A stretch of 64,000 nucleotides of DNA from assembly GCA_016784605.1 (NCBI GenBank), contig JADHUI010000005.1, positions 6,410 to 70,409 of the forward strand, read 5' to 3'. The notes beneath the pieces were generated by a model, which saw nothing but the letters and a program-made list of their open reading frames with translations, was not told where the DNA came from and searched no databases. The position numbers were made by a program, and so were the translations under genes. Within the stretch, counting starts at the first letter, position 1. Every line of letters begins with the position of its first letter. The DNA is from Fidelibacterota bacterium (lineage in GTDB: Bacteria; Fidelibacterota; Marinisomatia; Marinisomatales; UBA1611). Positions 1-9,364 of this stretch are shown here, piece by piece.

Positions 1-812
1 CGAGACATTAATTTTTCCCCATTTTTCAATAAGAGATTTAAAGGAATGATAGTTCTATCGAAATTGGGTGAATCTGCATCGGTAGCATATTGATTTAATA
101 TAGAATAAAAATCTTTTTTGGAGTTTGAACTTATAAATAACATTATTTTTGTTCCTGGAGTGTTATCACACTCATTGAGCTCCCATTCTGGCTGCCCTTC
201 TTTTCGAGTGAGACACAGGCCATTGGCTTGAATTTTACACACATCAAATAAGCGGAGAATAAAGAAAAGACTTTCTCCTAAAAATTGATCAGGAGCCACT
301 GTCGTTTTCCCTTTTACTATGTCGAATGCAGCCTGTCGGTGTGACGATAATCCCAATACATCAGTTATATTTTCAAAACATCCAATTCCATCATCCTGGA
401 TCGTTATTTGAATTAATTGAGATGTTTGTTTAAACCCGATTGTAGCATGATGTGCATTCGAATGAGATAGAATATTATTAAATGCATTTGAAAACCCATA
501 TTCACAAATGGTTGAAATATTTTGAGGCATTTGGTTTAAATAAGGAAAAATAAATTTTACGCCAATATTATTTTCATTTATCGTATCTGTTATTGGAATC
601 AATTTAGAAAAATCGATGGTTGGAATAATTTCATAATACCGATCTTTTGTTTTCCCGTGAGCGGTTATTTTCCCATCCTGAATAAGCGATTTTACATGTC
701 GTAGAATTCCCTGCCGAGAAATTCCAAATTTCCGGATTGAGGCTCTAACGATGTCCTTCTGATGCTCTGAAAGATTATCTAATATAAATTTTCTTATTTG
801 AGTTGACTGCAC
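1..812 (-). CDS. Partial (runs off window start) HTH + HATPase-like protein, probably the DUF4325/STAS-like family
   Basis: Not in ORF track; hand translation from GTG at 812: MQSTQIRKFILDNL...FGISRQGILRHVKSLIQDGKI (winged HTH) ...YGFSNAFNNILSHS...ITIQDDGIGCF...GESLFF...PGTKIML (GHKL N/G boxes)...GEKLMS at the window edge. Confidence 0.75.
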   Translation of the reverse strand, partial: MQSTQIRKFILDNLSEHQKDIVRASIRKFGISRQGILRHVKSLIQDGKITAHGKTKDRYYEIIPTIDFSKLIPITDTINENNIGVKFIFPYLNQMPQNISTICEYGFSNAFNNILSHSNAHHATIGFKQTSQLIQITIQDDGIGCFENITDVLGLSSHRQAAFDIVKGKTTVAPDQFLGESLFFILRLFDVCKIQANGLCLTRKEGQPEWELNECDNTPGTKIMLFISSNSKKDFYSILNQYATDADSPNFDRTIIPLNLLLKNGEKLMS

Positions 813-854
813 GCTGGAATTAATCTAAAAATATTATCAACAAAATACTATATA

Positions 855-884
855 ATTATAAACAATTTAATTTTTTATTGTCAA
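855..884 (-). promoter_or_regulatory. Sigma70-type promoter for the HTH-HATPase gene
   Basis: Minus strand TTGACA (884-879), 18 nt, TATAAT (860-855): both hexamers are exact consensus, about 40 nt upstream of the GTG. Confidence 0.6.
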
Positions 885-958
885 CAAAACAGATATTTTT
901 ATCTTCAATAAATAAATGTTATTCCGTTTGAAATAACTCACTTAATTTTAGGTTGAAT

Positions 959-1453
959 ATGAAACATTGGATTGCAATATATACGAAGCCTCGGCATGAA
1001 AAAACCACAGCCAGAGCATTGGAAGAAAAAGGATTTGAAGTATATCTTCCGATTGTTCGTGAACGACGGAAATGGAGTGATCGAAAAAAATGGGTTGATA
1101 TACCGTTATTCAAATCATATATGTTCGTCCAATGCGAACCTAAAAAAGGACTTTTTGTTCTTCAAACATCCGGTGTGGTTAAAATTATTAAATTTGGGAA
1201 TGAAATTGCCCTTGTTAATCCAGCCACAATTCAAGCAATTAGGCTCATGATTGAAGGTGGCTATAATCCAACACCGATTGACTTTTTTATTGTTGGCGAT
1301 AAAGTGGAAGTGCAGGAAGGTCCTATGAAAGGCATTGCAGGAGAAGTGGTTCGTGTGGATAAAGATGATCGATTGGTTGTTCGAGTGGATGCGATTCAAC
1401 ATTCTGTATCTGTTCAAATAAACCGAGGATTTTTAAAACCTATCAAATCATAA
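959..1453 (+). CDS. UpxY/RfaH-type NusG-family transcription antiterminator
   Basis: WIAIYTKPRHEK, W-S-D-R-K-K...PLFKSYMFV NGN domain, C-terminal KOW GDKVEVQEGPMKG; ATG at 959. Confidence 0.85.
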   Translation: MKHWIAIYTKPRHEKTTARALEEKGFEVYLPIVRERRKWSDRKKWVDIPLFKSYMFVQCEPKKGLFVLQTSGVVKIIKFGNEIALVNPATIQAIRLMIEGGYNPTPIDFFIVGDKVEVQEGPMKGIAGEVVRVDKDDRLVVRVDAIQHSVSVQINRGFLKPIKS

Positions 1454-1460
1454 TATTATC

Positions 1461-2597
1461 ATGAAAAATGATTTTTCCATTATTATTATAGGAGCAGGCG
1501 TTGTTGGATTATCCATTGCAAGGTCGCTTGCGCTTAAAGGGCAATCAAATATACTGATTATTGAAAAGGAAGATCATTTTGGGAAAGGGATTTCTAGTCG
1601 CAACAGCGAAGTTATACACTCAGGTATCTATTATCCTCCCAATTCATTAAAAGCAGACTTATGCACGCAAGGTCGCGATCTACTTTATGACTATTGTGAT
1701 TCAAATCAAATTTGGTATTCTCGCTGTGGCAAACTGGTTATTGCTCACCAGGGCCAAGAAGAAGAATTAGCAAAATTATATCTTAATGCTCAGAAGAATC
1801 ATGTTCCGGAATTAGAAATGATTCATAAAGAAAATATTCAATTATTGGAGCCATCAATTAATGCAGAAACAGCCCTATTTATTGGTTGTACTGGCATTAT
1901 CGATGCACATGCTTTAATGACTTCATTGAAAAGGGAATCGGATAATGCGGATCATAATACGTTATATAAAACTAAAGTTACGGGTGCAAAAACGATTGAA
2001 TCTGGTTATGAAATTTCCATTGAAAATGCAATGGGAGAAATTGAAATTGCCACATCTGATTGGGTGGTAAATGCCAGCGGACTTGAAAGTGATCACTTGG
2101 CGCGATTTATCGCTCAAGGCGAAAGACCAACATTCCCGGAGTTACAGTATTCTAAAGGTGACTATTTTAAATTATCATCTAAATGGCGAAATCATTTTAC
2201 ACATTTAATATACCCATTACCGGATAAAAGACATGATTCATTAGGGATTCATTTAAGTTTTGATCAACTTGGGAATACAAAATTAGGCCCCAGTGCACAT
2301 TGGCAAAGGAATCGTGATAAAGATTACCAGGTTGATTCTACCCATCTCGATTATTTTTTTGATGAAGGTTTTACATATATACCCGAATTAAAAAAGGAAG
2401 ATTTATCTCCTGATTTTTCCGGTATTCGCCCTAAAATAAAAACAAATGATCATTCATTCTCCGATTTCTATATTTCCCATGAAGATGTTAAAGGGTTTCC
2501 GGGTTGGATTAATTTAATTGGGATTGATTCGCCAGGACTTACTTCTTCGCTAGCCATAGGTGAAAAGGTTGCTCAAATAGTCCATTCCGCTCTATAA
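1461..2597 (+). CDS. FAD-dependent oxidoreductase, L-2-hydroxyglutarate oxidase (LhgO)-like
   Basis: IIGAGVVG Rossmann motif, SSRNSEVIHSGIYY, KGDYF, GIRPK, GIDSPGLTSSLAI. Confidence 0.8.
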   Translation: MKNDFSIIIIGAGVVGLSIARSLALKGQSNILIIEKEDHFGKGISSRNSEVIHSGIYYPPNSLKADLCTQGRDLLYDYCDSNQIWYSRCGKLVIAHQGQEEELAKLYLNAQKNHVPELEMIHKENIQLLEPSINAETALFIGCTGIIDAHALMTSLKRESDNADHNTLYKTKVTGAKTIESGYEISIENAMGEIEIATSDWVVNASGLESDHLARFIAQGERPTFPELQYSKGDYFKLSSKWRNHFTHLIYPLPDKRHDSLGIHLSFDQLGNTKLGPSAHWQRNRDKDYQVDSTHLDYFFDEGFTYIPELKKEDLSPDFSGIRPKIKTNDHSFSDFYISHEDVKGFPGWINLIGIDSPGLTSSLAIGEKVAQIVHSAL

Positions 2598-2650
2598 GAT
2601 ATATTAAATTAGAGATACAATTTTCCATCATTAGAAGAGAGGTTCTAACC

Positions 2651-3133
2651 ATGAAAAAGTATATCGCATCCCTGTTTGTTTCCTTCATACTTGTGCAAGG
2701 ACTTGTATATGCTCACTGTCAAGTTCCGTGTGGAATTTATGACGATGCTGCTCGGATTGTACAATTACGTGAAGATTTTGCTACTATTCAAAAAGCGATG
2801 AATCAAATTGCCATACTAAATCAAAAAAGCGATGCTCAATCACTCAATCAAGCCACACGCTGGATTATGACAAAAGAAACACATGCTAATAATATTCAAA
2901 ATAGTGTTTCAAGTTATTTTTTAACACAACGCATTAAAAGTAAGTCTGGAAAAGAATTTGATTCTTATGCTTCGCTCACAACATCTTTGCATCAAATATT
3001 AGTGTCAGCTATGAAGTGTAAGCAAACGGTTGATGTTCAACACGTTCAAAAAGGTTTAGACCGAATTAACGCTTTCATTGAATTGTATTTTGATGATCAT
3101 GGGAAAAAGCATTTGATGGAAATGGATCATTAA
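2651..3133 (+). CDS. sodN: Nickel superoxide dismutase with signal peptide
   Basis: Ni-hook HCQVPCGIYD directly after a hydrophobic leader ending VYA; RWIMTKETHA and YFLTQRIK motifs. Confidence 0.9.
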   Translation: MKKYIASLFVSFILVQGLVYAHCQVPCGIYDDAARIVQLREDFATIQKAMNQIAILNQKSDAQSLNQATRWIMTKETHANNIQNSVSSYFLTQRIKSKSGKEFDSYASLTTSLHQILVSAMKCKQTVDVQHVQKGLDRINAFIELYFDDHGKKHLMEMDH

Positions 3134-3201
3134 TGGTAGCAGATTTTCTGTTTATTATACGTTTTTTACAATAATGACTTAACCGTCACTTCTGTTTCAA
3201 T

Positions 3202-3245
3202 AAAAAGACAAAAGCCCTAATCTCACGTCTTGAAACTAAGGCTTT
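3202..3245 (-). terminator. Intrinsic terminator after tRNA-Sec
   Basis: Minus strand AAAGCCTTAGTTTCA-AGACG-TGAGATTAGGGCTTT stem (G-U pairs work only on this strand) followed by TGTCTTTTT. Confidence 0.6.
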
Positions 3246-3251
3246 GTTAAA

Positions 3252-3347
3252 TGGCGGGAACGCCTGAGAATCGAACTCAGCTCCCGATTCATCACCGGGA
3301 CAGCGGCTTTGAAGGCCGAGGTGGGCACCAGCCTCACACTCATTCCC
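3252..3347 (-). tRNA. selC: tRNA-Sec (anticodon UCA), 96 nt, encoded CCA
   Basis: GGGAATG...CGTTCCC-G-CCA acceptor, D-loop TGGT, anticodon loop CTTCAAA, long variable arm TCCCGGT/ATCGGGA, T-arm CTGAG-TTCGATT-CTCAG. Confidence 0.85.
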
Positions 3348-3355
3348 AATATTAT

Positions 3356-4132
3356 TTAGGGTCTATATAATACGCGATAATCCATTCCAAGTTTACGTTT
3401 TATTTCTTCCCCAGCTTTTTTAGCTTGTCTTTTGCTGGTATATCGAACAATCCTAACGGCATTTAATTTTTTGCCATTTGATTCTACTGTATGAATTTCA
3501 ACATTATAACCAATTTGACTGGCTTGCAATCGAAGACGTTCTGCATTATTTAAATTTCCAAATGCACCAATTTGAATTATATATGGTTTTTTAACCATTT
3601 CTTTTTTAAGCAATTTTTTCGGAGCACGTTGCACCTTTTGATTTAAATCTAATTCGTATTTGTCCACAGCTAAGTTTGGATGAATACTTTTTATATAGGA
3701 TATCCAATATCGAGCTGAATCACTCTCTCCTGTTGCATCAAAACTATTTACAAGTAAATCTACAGCTCGCTGAACGTTATGAGAATTGTGGTATTTTAAT
3801 GGAATTATTTTAAAATGTTTCGCTGATTGTGAATACAAACCTCGAGCAAAATAATATTCCCCCACTTTCATAGCCGCTTCATGGGCAAATTTTGATTCTG
3901 GAAACTTTTCCAATAATTGTTGATATTGCGTGAGGGCATTATCGCCATTGGTTGTAATTAATGCTTTTAAATACCACACATCCGGATCATTGGGGTATTT
4001 GGACATCAATTCAGGCACTTGCTCCTTCACAGCAACAATTTGACCTTCATGAATCAGAGAAAGATACATATCAATATTCTGCGCATTTAATAATGATAAA
4101 AATATTGACAGCCATAGAATGCACTTACTCAT
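3356..4132 (-). CDS. Secreted TPR + C-terminal SPOR domain protein
   Basis: Signal peptide, TPR-like LLEKFPESKFAHEA, C-terminal YIIQIGAFGNLNNAERL SPOR motif. Confidence 0.75.
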   Translation of the reverse strand: MSKCILWLSIFLSLLNAQNIDMYLSLIHEGQIVAVKEQVPELMSKYPNDPDVWYLKALITTNGDNALTQYQQLLEKFPESKFAHEAAMKVGEYYFARGLYSQSAKHFKIIPLKYHNSHNVQRAVDLLVNSFDATGESDSARYWISYIKSIHPNLAVDKYELDLNQKVQRAPKKLLKKEMVKKPYIIQIGAFGNLNNAERLRLQASQIGYNVEIHTVESNGKKLNAVRIVRYTSKRQAKKAGEEIKRKLGMDYRVLYRP

Positions 4133-4137
4133 TTGCT

Positions 4138-5178
4138 TTATTGATCCGTGACTTGCTCGATTATCTGATCGATTTGGTGAGACAGCTCCACGGGAGTTGA
4201 ACCGTGTAAAGACAATTTTAGTTTCATCAATAAACCATGAATGCTGGGGTTATTTGAATCCAAGGATTGTTCAATCAAAGAAATAGCGGCCTGATGTTCG
4301 CCTTTCTCTTCTAATACATTGGCCAATTTTGCCACCGCTTCAATATTATCAGGATTTTCATCTAAAATTCTTCGATAAAACTTTTCTACTTCACTGTATC
4401 GACCTAAATCGAATAAAGCTGATTCAATTTTTGAAAAAACTTTTACACTTTCAGACGGGGATAAATGGGCGAATTTTTCCCAACTGTCAATTGCTTTAAC
4501 TAAATCTCGAGCTTCAGAAAAAATATCGCCTAAATAATAGTGTGGTAATCCAAAATCGCGTGCATCTTTAATCGCTTTTAGAAAAAGAGATTTAGCTCCA
4601 TGGCTATCTCCGGATTCCATCTTCTCTAAACCTTCATAAACTTTATATTGCGCGACTTGAAATGGATTTTTCTCCTGAGATTGTTTTTGTATAATTTTCG
4701 CCCATTTTGTTGCTGTTTTCCAATCGTGATCTTTTTCAGCTACTTCAAGAAGAAATTGGGACGCCCATATATTTTTCTTGTCCAATTGAAGAATCTTCTC
4801 CCCTTCCTTCTTGGCACGTGCAATAAATCCTAATTCATTATAATCCATTGCCAGAGCTTGGTGGATTTCGACTCTTAAGGGTTTATCTAAATGAGGACGA
4901 ACGGTTAATGATTGGTGGATTTTTACAGCTTGTTCTGGATGATCATCACGTAAAATATTGCCCATTTGCAAATAAGCTGTAACATGGTCAGAATCTTGTT
5001 TTACCACATCACGTAATAATTTCAATGCGTGGTTTCGATCTGAACGTACCATGGCATTTAATGCTTCAGTATATAAATATTCTATTTTGGGTGTTGGGTC
5101 AGATTTAAATCTCAAATAAATAAAAAGAATTCCTAGAGAGGCTAACCCAAGTATGATTAAAGTAATCCATGTATTCAA
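4138..5178 (-). CDS. LapB/YciM-like N-terminally anchored TPR protein
   Basis: N-terminal TM helix, AYLQMGNILR...AVKIHQSL motif typical of LapB, multiple TPRs, downstream of a LapA-like gene; no C-terminal rubredoxin CxxC seen. Confidence 0.7.
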   Translation of the reverse strand: MNTWITLIILGLASLGILFIYLRFKSDPTPKIEYLYTEALNAMVRSDRNHALKLLRDVVKQDSDHVTAYLQMGNILRDDHPEQAVKIHQSLTVRPHLDKPLRVEIHQALAMDYNELGFIARAKKEGEKILQLDKKNIWASQFLLEVAEKDHDWKTATKWAKIIQKQSQEKNPFQVAQYKVYEGLEKMESGDSHGAKSLFLKAIKDARDFGLPHYYLGDIFSEARDLVKAIDSWEKFAHLSPSESVKVFSKIESALFDLGRYSEVEKFYRRILDENPDNIEAVAKLANVLEEKGEHQAAISLIEQSLDSNNPSIHGLLMKLKLSLHGSTPVELSHQIDQIIEQVTDQ

Positions 5179-5183
5179 AGTGA

Positions 5184-5507
5184 TTAATCTCCATCCTCGA
5201 GATCATAGATACCTTCATCAATGGCTACATTTCGTAAATCATTTAATTCATCTGTTAAAATTCGGTTTTTATTTTGTAGGGCACGGATATCATTTTTTGC
5301 ACTCAATATTGAAACAACAGCAGCTAAAAATCCGATTAAAACTCCCACAGTTAATGCGCCAAGCATAATCATGGATACAGGTGCACTTTCATATTCATGA
5401 AAAATCAAATTAACATATACTTGGGAATTCTCTCCAGCATTTTGTGTGAGAAAATAGACGAGAATGAGAACGGTGAGTATTCCACCAAAAATTTTTACAA
5501 GTTTCAT
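5184..5507 (-). CDS. LapA (DUF1049) family membrane protein
   Basis: Two TM segments with FxxQN motif, C-terminal coiled coil, adjacent to LapB-like gene. Confidence 0.7.
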   Translation of the reverse strand: MKLVKIFGGILTVLILVYFLTQNAGENSQVYVNLIFHEYESAPVSMIMLGALTVGVLIGFLAAVVSILSAKNDIRALQNKNRILTDELNDLRNVAIDEGIYDLEDGD

Positions 5508-6829
5508 TAAGCTGCCTCCGCTTTATTAATAAGTTTTCCATGAAGGGTTACCCCTTTTGCTTCAATAATTTCTACAGGAACAATATCTTTTACTTGGGCC
5601 AATCCTTTATCAAATATAACCCATTTATTCGCATCAATTCGCCCAGCCCATTGATCTTTTGACCGTTTACTTTCTTTTTCCACAAGAACAGATTCTGTGT
5701 GTCCAACAAATGATTTGTTTCGCGCCAAAGTATGGTTTTTTTGGAGTTCAATGACTTCAACAAGTCGCGATTGCTTTTCAGCTTCGGGAACGCGATCATC
5801 ATATTCTGAAGCTTTTGTGCCACGTCGGGGTGAATATTTAAAATTAAAAGCTGAATCAAACTTTACATGATTCATTACTTCAATGGTTTCGGCAAAATCG
5901 CTTGCAGTTTCACCGGGGAAACCAACTATAATATCTGTACTAATGCCCACATAAGGAAGTTTTTGGCGAATTTTATCTGCTAATCTCATAAAATGATCTT
6001 TTGTATAGGTACGATTCATCCTTTTTAAAATTGTATCCGATCCTGCTTGAAGAGGTAAATGAATATAATTACAAATGTTATCATATTGCCCCATTACATT
6101 TAATAATGGATCCGTAATATCTTGCGGATGGGGTGAAGTATACCGGATTCTTTTTACGCCATCAATCTGTGCAACTGATTCCAATAAACCATGAAATTCT
6201 TTGCCTTCATGACGATAGGAATTCACATTCTGTCCAAGTAATGTAATCTCGACAAATCCTTCTGATACCGCTTGCGTTACTTCTGTAATAATGCCTTCAA
6301 CACTTCTACTTCTTTCTCGTCCACGGGTGAAAGGGACAATACAGAATGTGCAAAATTTATCACACCCACGCATAATGGAAATCCAAGCATTTATGCCTTC
6401 TTTTCGGCTAGGGAATAAATCATCATAAACTTCAAATTTAGATAATGTTGTATCCACTTGACTTTGTTTAATCGTTTGCTTTCGGGAAAGTAGTTCTGGT
6501 AAACGTCGATAAGAATCGGGGCCTAGAACAATATCGACATAAGGTTTATTTTCTAAAATATCATGCTTTAAACTTTGAGCCATACAACCTAAAACACCAA
6601 TTAATACTTCAGGTCGCTTTTGTTTTATTAAATCATAACGGCCCAATTGAGAGTGGACTTTTTCTTCCGCATGTTCTCGAACAGAACAAGTATTGACAAA
6701 TATTACATCAGCTGATTCTAATGATTCTGACTGGATATAACCTTGCTTTTGCAATAAGCCTTCAACAAGTTCGGAGTCAGCTACATTCATCTGGCAGCCG
6801 TAAGTTTCTATAAAATACGATGAATTCAT
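5507..6829 (-). CDS. miaB: tRNA-2-methylthio-N6-dimethylallyladenosine synthase
   Basis: ETYGCQMNVADSE, NTCSVRE, radical SAM GCDKFCTFCIVP, C-terminal TRAM domain. Confidence 0.95.
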   Translation of the reverse strand: MNSSYFIETYGCQMNVADSELVEGLLQKQGYIQSESLESADVIFVNTCSVREHAEEKVHSQLGRYDLIKQKRPEVLIGVLGCMAQSLKHDILENKPYVDIVLGPDSYRRLPELLSRKQTIKQSQVDTTLSKFEVYDDLFPSRKEGINAWISIMRGCDKFCTFCIVPFTRGRERSRSVEGIITEVTQAVSEGFVEITLLGQNVNSYRHEGKEFHGLLESVAQIDGVKRIRYTSPHPQDITDPLLNVMGQYDNICNYIHLPLQAGSDTILKRMNRTYTKDHFMRLADKIRQKLPYVGISTDIIVGFPGETASDFAETIEVMNHVKFDSAFNFKYSPRRGTKASEYDDRVPEAEKQSRLVEVIELQKNHTLARNKSFVGHTESVLVEKESKRSKDQWAGRIDANKWVIFDKGLAQVKDIVPVEIIEAKGVTLHGKLINKAEAA

Positions 6830-6850
6830 GACAGGGATGTATCCCTAGAT

Positions 6851-7780
6851 TTATTTAGATGCGTCGGAGAAGAAATAGTCCAACGGGTTTTGAGGAGACC
6901 CATAATAATGGACTTCATAATGGAGATGTGGCGCAGTCGAACGCCCTGTATTTCCTGTATAACCAATAATATCGCCCCGCTTCACTTTTTGTCCCGTTCT
7001 CACTTTTAATTTGGACAAATGAGCATAAATAGTTGTGTATCCATATCCGTGATCTACTTTTATATGATTCCCAAAACCACCCACATAATAAGCTCTTTTT
7101 ACTTCGCCATCCGCAGGAGCAATAATGGGGGTTCCGGTTCTAACAGTAATATCTTGACCTTGGTGGAACCTTTTTTTATGATCAATGGGGTCCGTTCTAT
7201 ACCCGTAAGATGAATTTAAATAGCCACCTTCAATTGGACGGATGGATGGAATGGCTCGAATACGATCAACATCTGTTTTAACTTGATCATAAATGTTTTC
7301 ATAACTAATCAATTCTAGGTTTACTTTTCGCGATAATTTGTCAATATCAAATTCAAGCGCCATTAATTCTTTATTGACAGCCGGAGCAAGATTATCCATG
7401 GATAAAGATTTTTCAGACATAATTCCCCCGATACCTAATTGTCTGATTTCTTTATCAATATCGGGCATTCCTGCATAGGTTCGAACAGCTTGATCTTTTT
7501 CTTCTAAGGCTATTATTTGGCTATCTAAAAAATCTAAACGCGTTTTTAAAGCATCTAAATTTTGGGATACACTGTGGTAATTTTGTTTGAATTCAGCCAA
7601 TCGCTTTTGATAAAGCAATTTACTAAGGCTATCTGCACTAAAGAATAATACCGCCCCCAACAACACAATGGTCGTCGACAAAATGGCGATAAATTGAACA
7701 CGGGAAAAATGCACTTGTTTTACACCTTTCTCGGTCTCTCTATGGATAATATACCGGCTGGTCGGAAAAATTTGTTTCAT
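6851..7780 (-). CDS. M23 family metallopeptidase
   Basis: HQGQD (HxxxD), YAHLS, GRSTAPHLHYEV; N-terminal TM and coiled coil. Confidence 0.9.
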   Translation of the reverse strand: MKQIFPTSRYIIHRETEKGVKQVHFSRVQFIAILSTTIVLLGAVLFFSADSLSKLLYQKRLAEFKQNYHSVSQNLDALKTRLDFLDSQIIALEEKDQAVRTYAGMPDIDKEIRQLGIGGIMSEKSLSMDNLAPAVNKELMALEFDIDKLSRKVNLELISYENIYDQVKTDVDRIRAIPSIRPIEGGYLNSSYGYRTDPIDHKKRFHQGQDITVRTGTPIIAPADGEVKRAYYVGGFGNHIKVDHGYGYTTIYAHLSKLKVRTGQKVKRGDIIGYTGNTGRSTAPHLHYEVHYYGSPQNPLDYFFSDASK

Positions 7781-7823
7781 TTAAGATTATTTATAATCCT
7801 CGGATCGCTGATTTTACGAAGGA

Positions 7824-8288
7824 TTAGTCTGTACTTTCAACCGGTTTATCATCGGGCACTTCTTCGGTGATTATTTCTTCTTTTGGCTCAATTTCGTCTT
7901 GTCCATCGACGGGTATATTCACTTCAACTGCTTCTGAAACACTTTCTTCATGTTCATCAGAATCTGGAATTGAATCTAGATCTGCTTTTCTTTCAAGGAT
8001 CTTTTCCCTTAATTCATCAATTTTATCGACATAATTAAAAAATTCTGCATTGCCTGTAAAGTTTACAATATTATCGTCTTTAGCTTGGTCGTAAACATGT
8101 TGACCCAATAGTTCCGTTTGTTTATCCATTTCTTTACCTAATTGATGGATATCCAATTTGATTTTTGAAATACGGGTTAATTCTTCTGTTTTAGCAACAG
8201 CAACTTTACTCATTTCTTCGGCTTTTTCGACCGCAGAACTTCCCCATTCTTTCATATTTTCTTTTAAATCATCCCATAATTTTGACAT
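7824..8288 (-). CDS. Hypothetical coiled-coil protein with acidic tail
   Basis: 154-aa ORF preceded by GAGGA RBS; helical N-half. Confidence 0.65.
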   Translation of the reverse strand: MSKLWDDLKENMKEWGSSAVEKAEEMSKVAVAKTEELTRISKIKLDIHQLGKEMDKQTELLGQHVYDQAKDDNIVNFTGNAEFFNYVDKIDELREKILERKADLDSIPDSDEHEESVSEAVEVNIPVDGQDEIEPKEEIITEEVPDDKPVESTD

Positions 8289-8404
8289 GGTTTCATCCTC
8301 TTCTAAAATTTCATTATTTTTACTGTAAAAAAATTACACTTGTTTGTAGAAAAAACAAGCATATTCCATTTCCTGGTTCGAAGGTATGTTTAGCTCATTG
8401 TGAA

Positions 8405-9364
8405 TCATTTTTTTTCAAACGGATTATTCAATGCATAGGTCATTTTTTTGTCAATTAAATAATCTCTCACTTGATTACAAACAGCTAAAGAAACGCCTTC
8501 TTTCGCTTCTAAAGTTGATGCGCCTAAATGGGGTGTTAAAATGCAATTAGGTATATTTAATAACGGATGGTTTTCATCAATGGGCTCTTTTTCAAAAACA
8601 TCCATTCCCGCTCCTGCAATGATGTTTTGGTTTAATGCAGTGGCTAAATCATTTTCATGAATAATGCCTCCTCGCGCAACATTAATAATACGTGCTGTGG
8701 GTTTCATCATGTTAAAACGATCCAAATTAAATAAATATTTTGTCTCATTTACCAAAGGAACGTGAAGTGAAATAAAATCTGATTCCTGAGTTAGTGTATC
8801 CAAATCAACCATTTTTAATTCATTAATGTTAAAATCTTTTTGAGTTAAAAAAGGATCATATCCAATCATATTCATGCCAAAAGCACTAAATCTTTTTCTG
8901 ACTTCGCACCCAATTTTTCCGCATCCAACAATGCCAAGTGTTTTACCAAATAATTCTGTACCCACTAAAGCATGACGATTCCAATGTCCCTGATTTAAAC
9001 TTTCATGTCCTTGAGCCAAATGACGCGAAACCGCTAAAATCATTCCAACAGTATGTTCTGCAGCCGAGATGGTATTTACGGCAGGGGTATTCATTACAAT
9101 AATTCCGAGACGAGTTGCCGTGGGAATATCAATATTGTCAACACCGACACCCGCTCTCCCAATGATTTCCAAATTCGCAGCCTTATTGAGTGCTTCTTCA
9201 TCTGGTTTGGACCCACTTCGGATGACCCAACCATGTACTTCGGGCAAAACAGACATCCATTCTTCCCTTGCAGAATGAGCATAATCTAATACATCAAACC
9301 CGGCTTTTTCCAGAATAGCATAGCCTGATTCGGCAATTGGATCTGTTACTAAAACTTTTTTCAC
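8405..9364 (-). CDS. serA: D-3-phosphoglycerate dehydrogenase-like 2-hydroxyacid dehydrogenase (no ACT domain)
   Basis: [45 protein letters not shown]; 319 aa. Confidence 0.75.
   Translation of the reverse strand: MKKVLVTDPIAESGYAILEKAGFDVLDYAHSAREEWMSVLPEVHGWVIRSGSKPDEEALNKAANLEIIGRAGVGVDNIDIPTATRLGIIVMNTPAVNTISAAEHTVGMILAVSRHLAQGHESLNQGHWNRHALVGTELFGKTLGIVGCGKIGCEVRKRFSAFGMNMIGYDPFLTQKDFNINELKMVDLDTLTQESDFISLHVPLVNETKYLFNLDRFNMMKPTARIINVARGGIIHENDLATALNQNIIAGAGMDVFEKEPIDENHPLLNIPNCILTPHLGASTLEAKEGVSLAVCNQVRDYLIDKKMTYALNNPFEKK

Noticed and set aside
8405-9364. SerA lacking regulatory domains as a possible truncation
   Set aside because: Short catalytic-only PGDH forms are well known and the ORF ends cleanly after the catalytic domains
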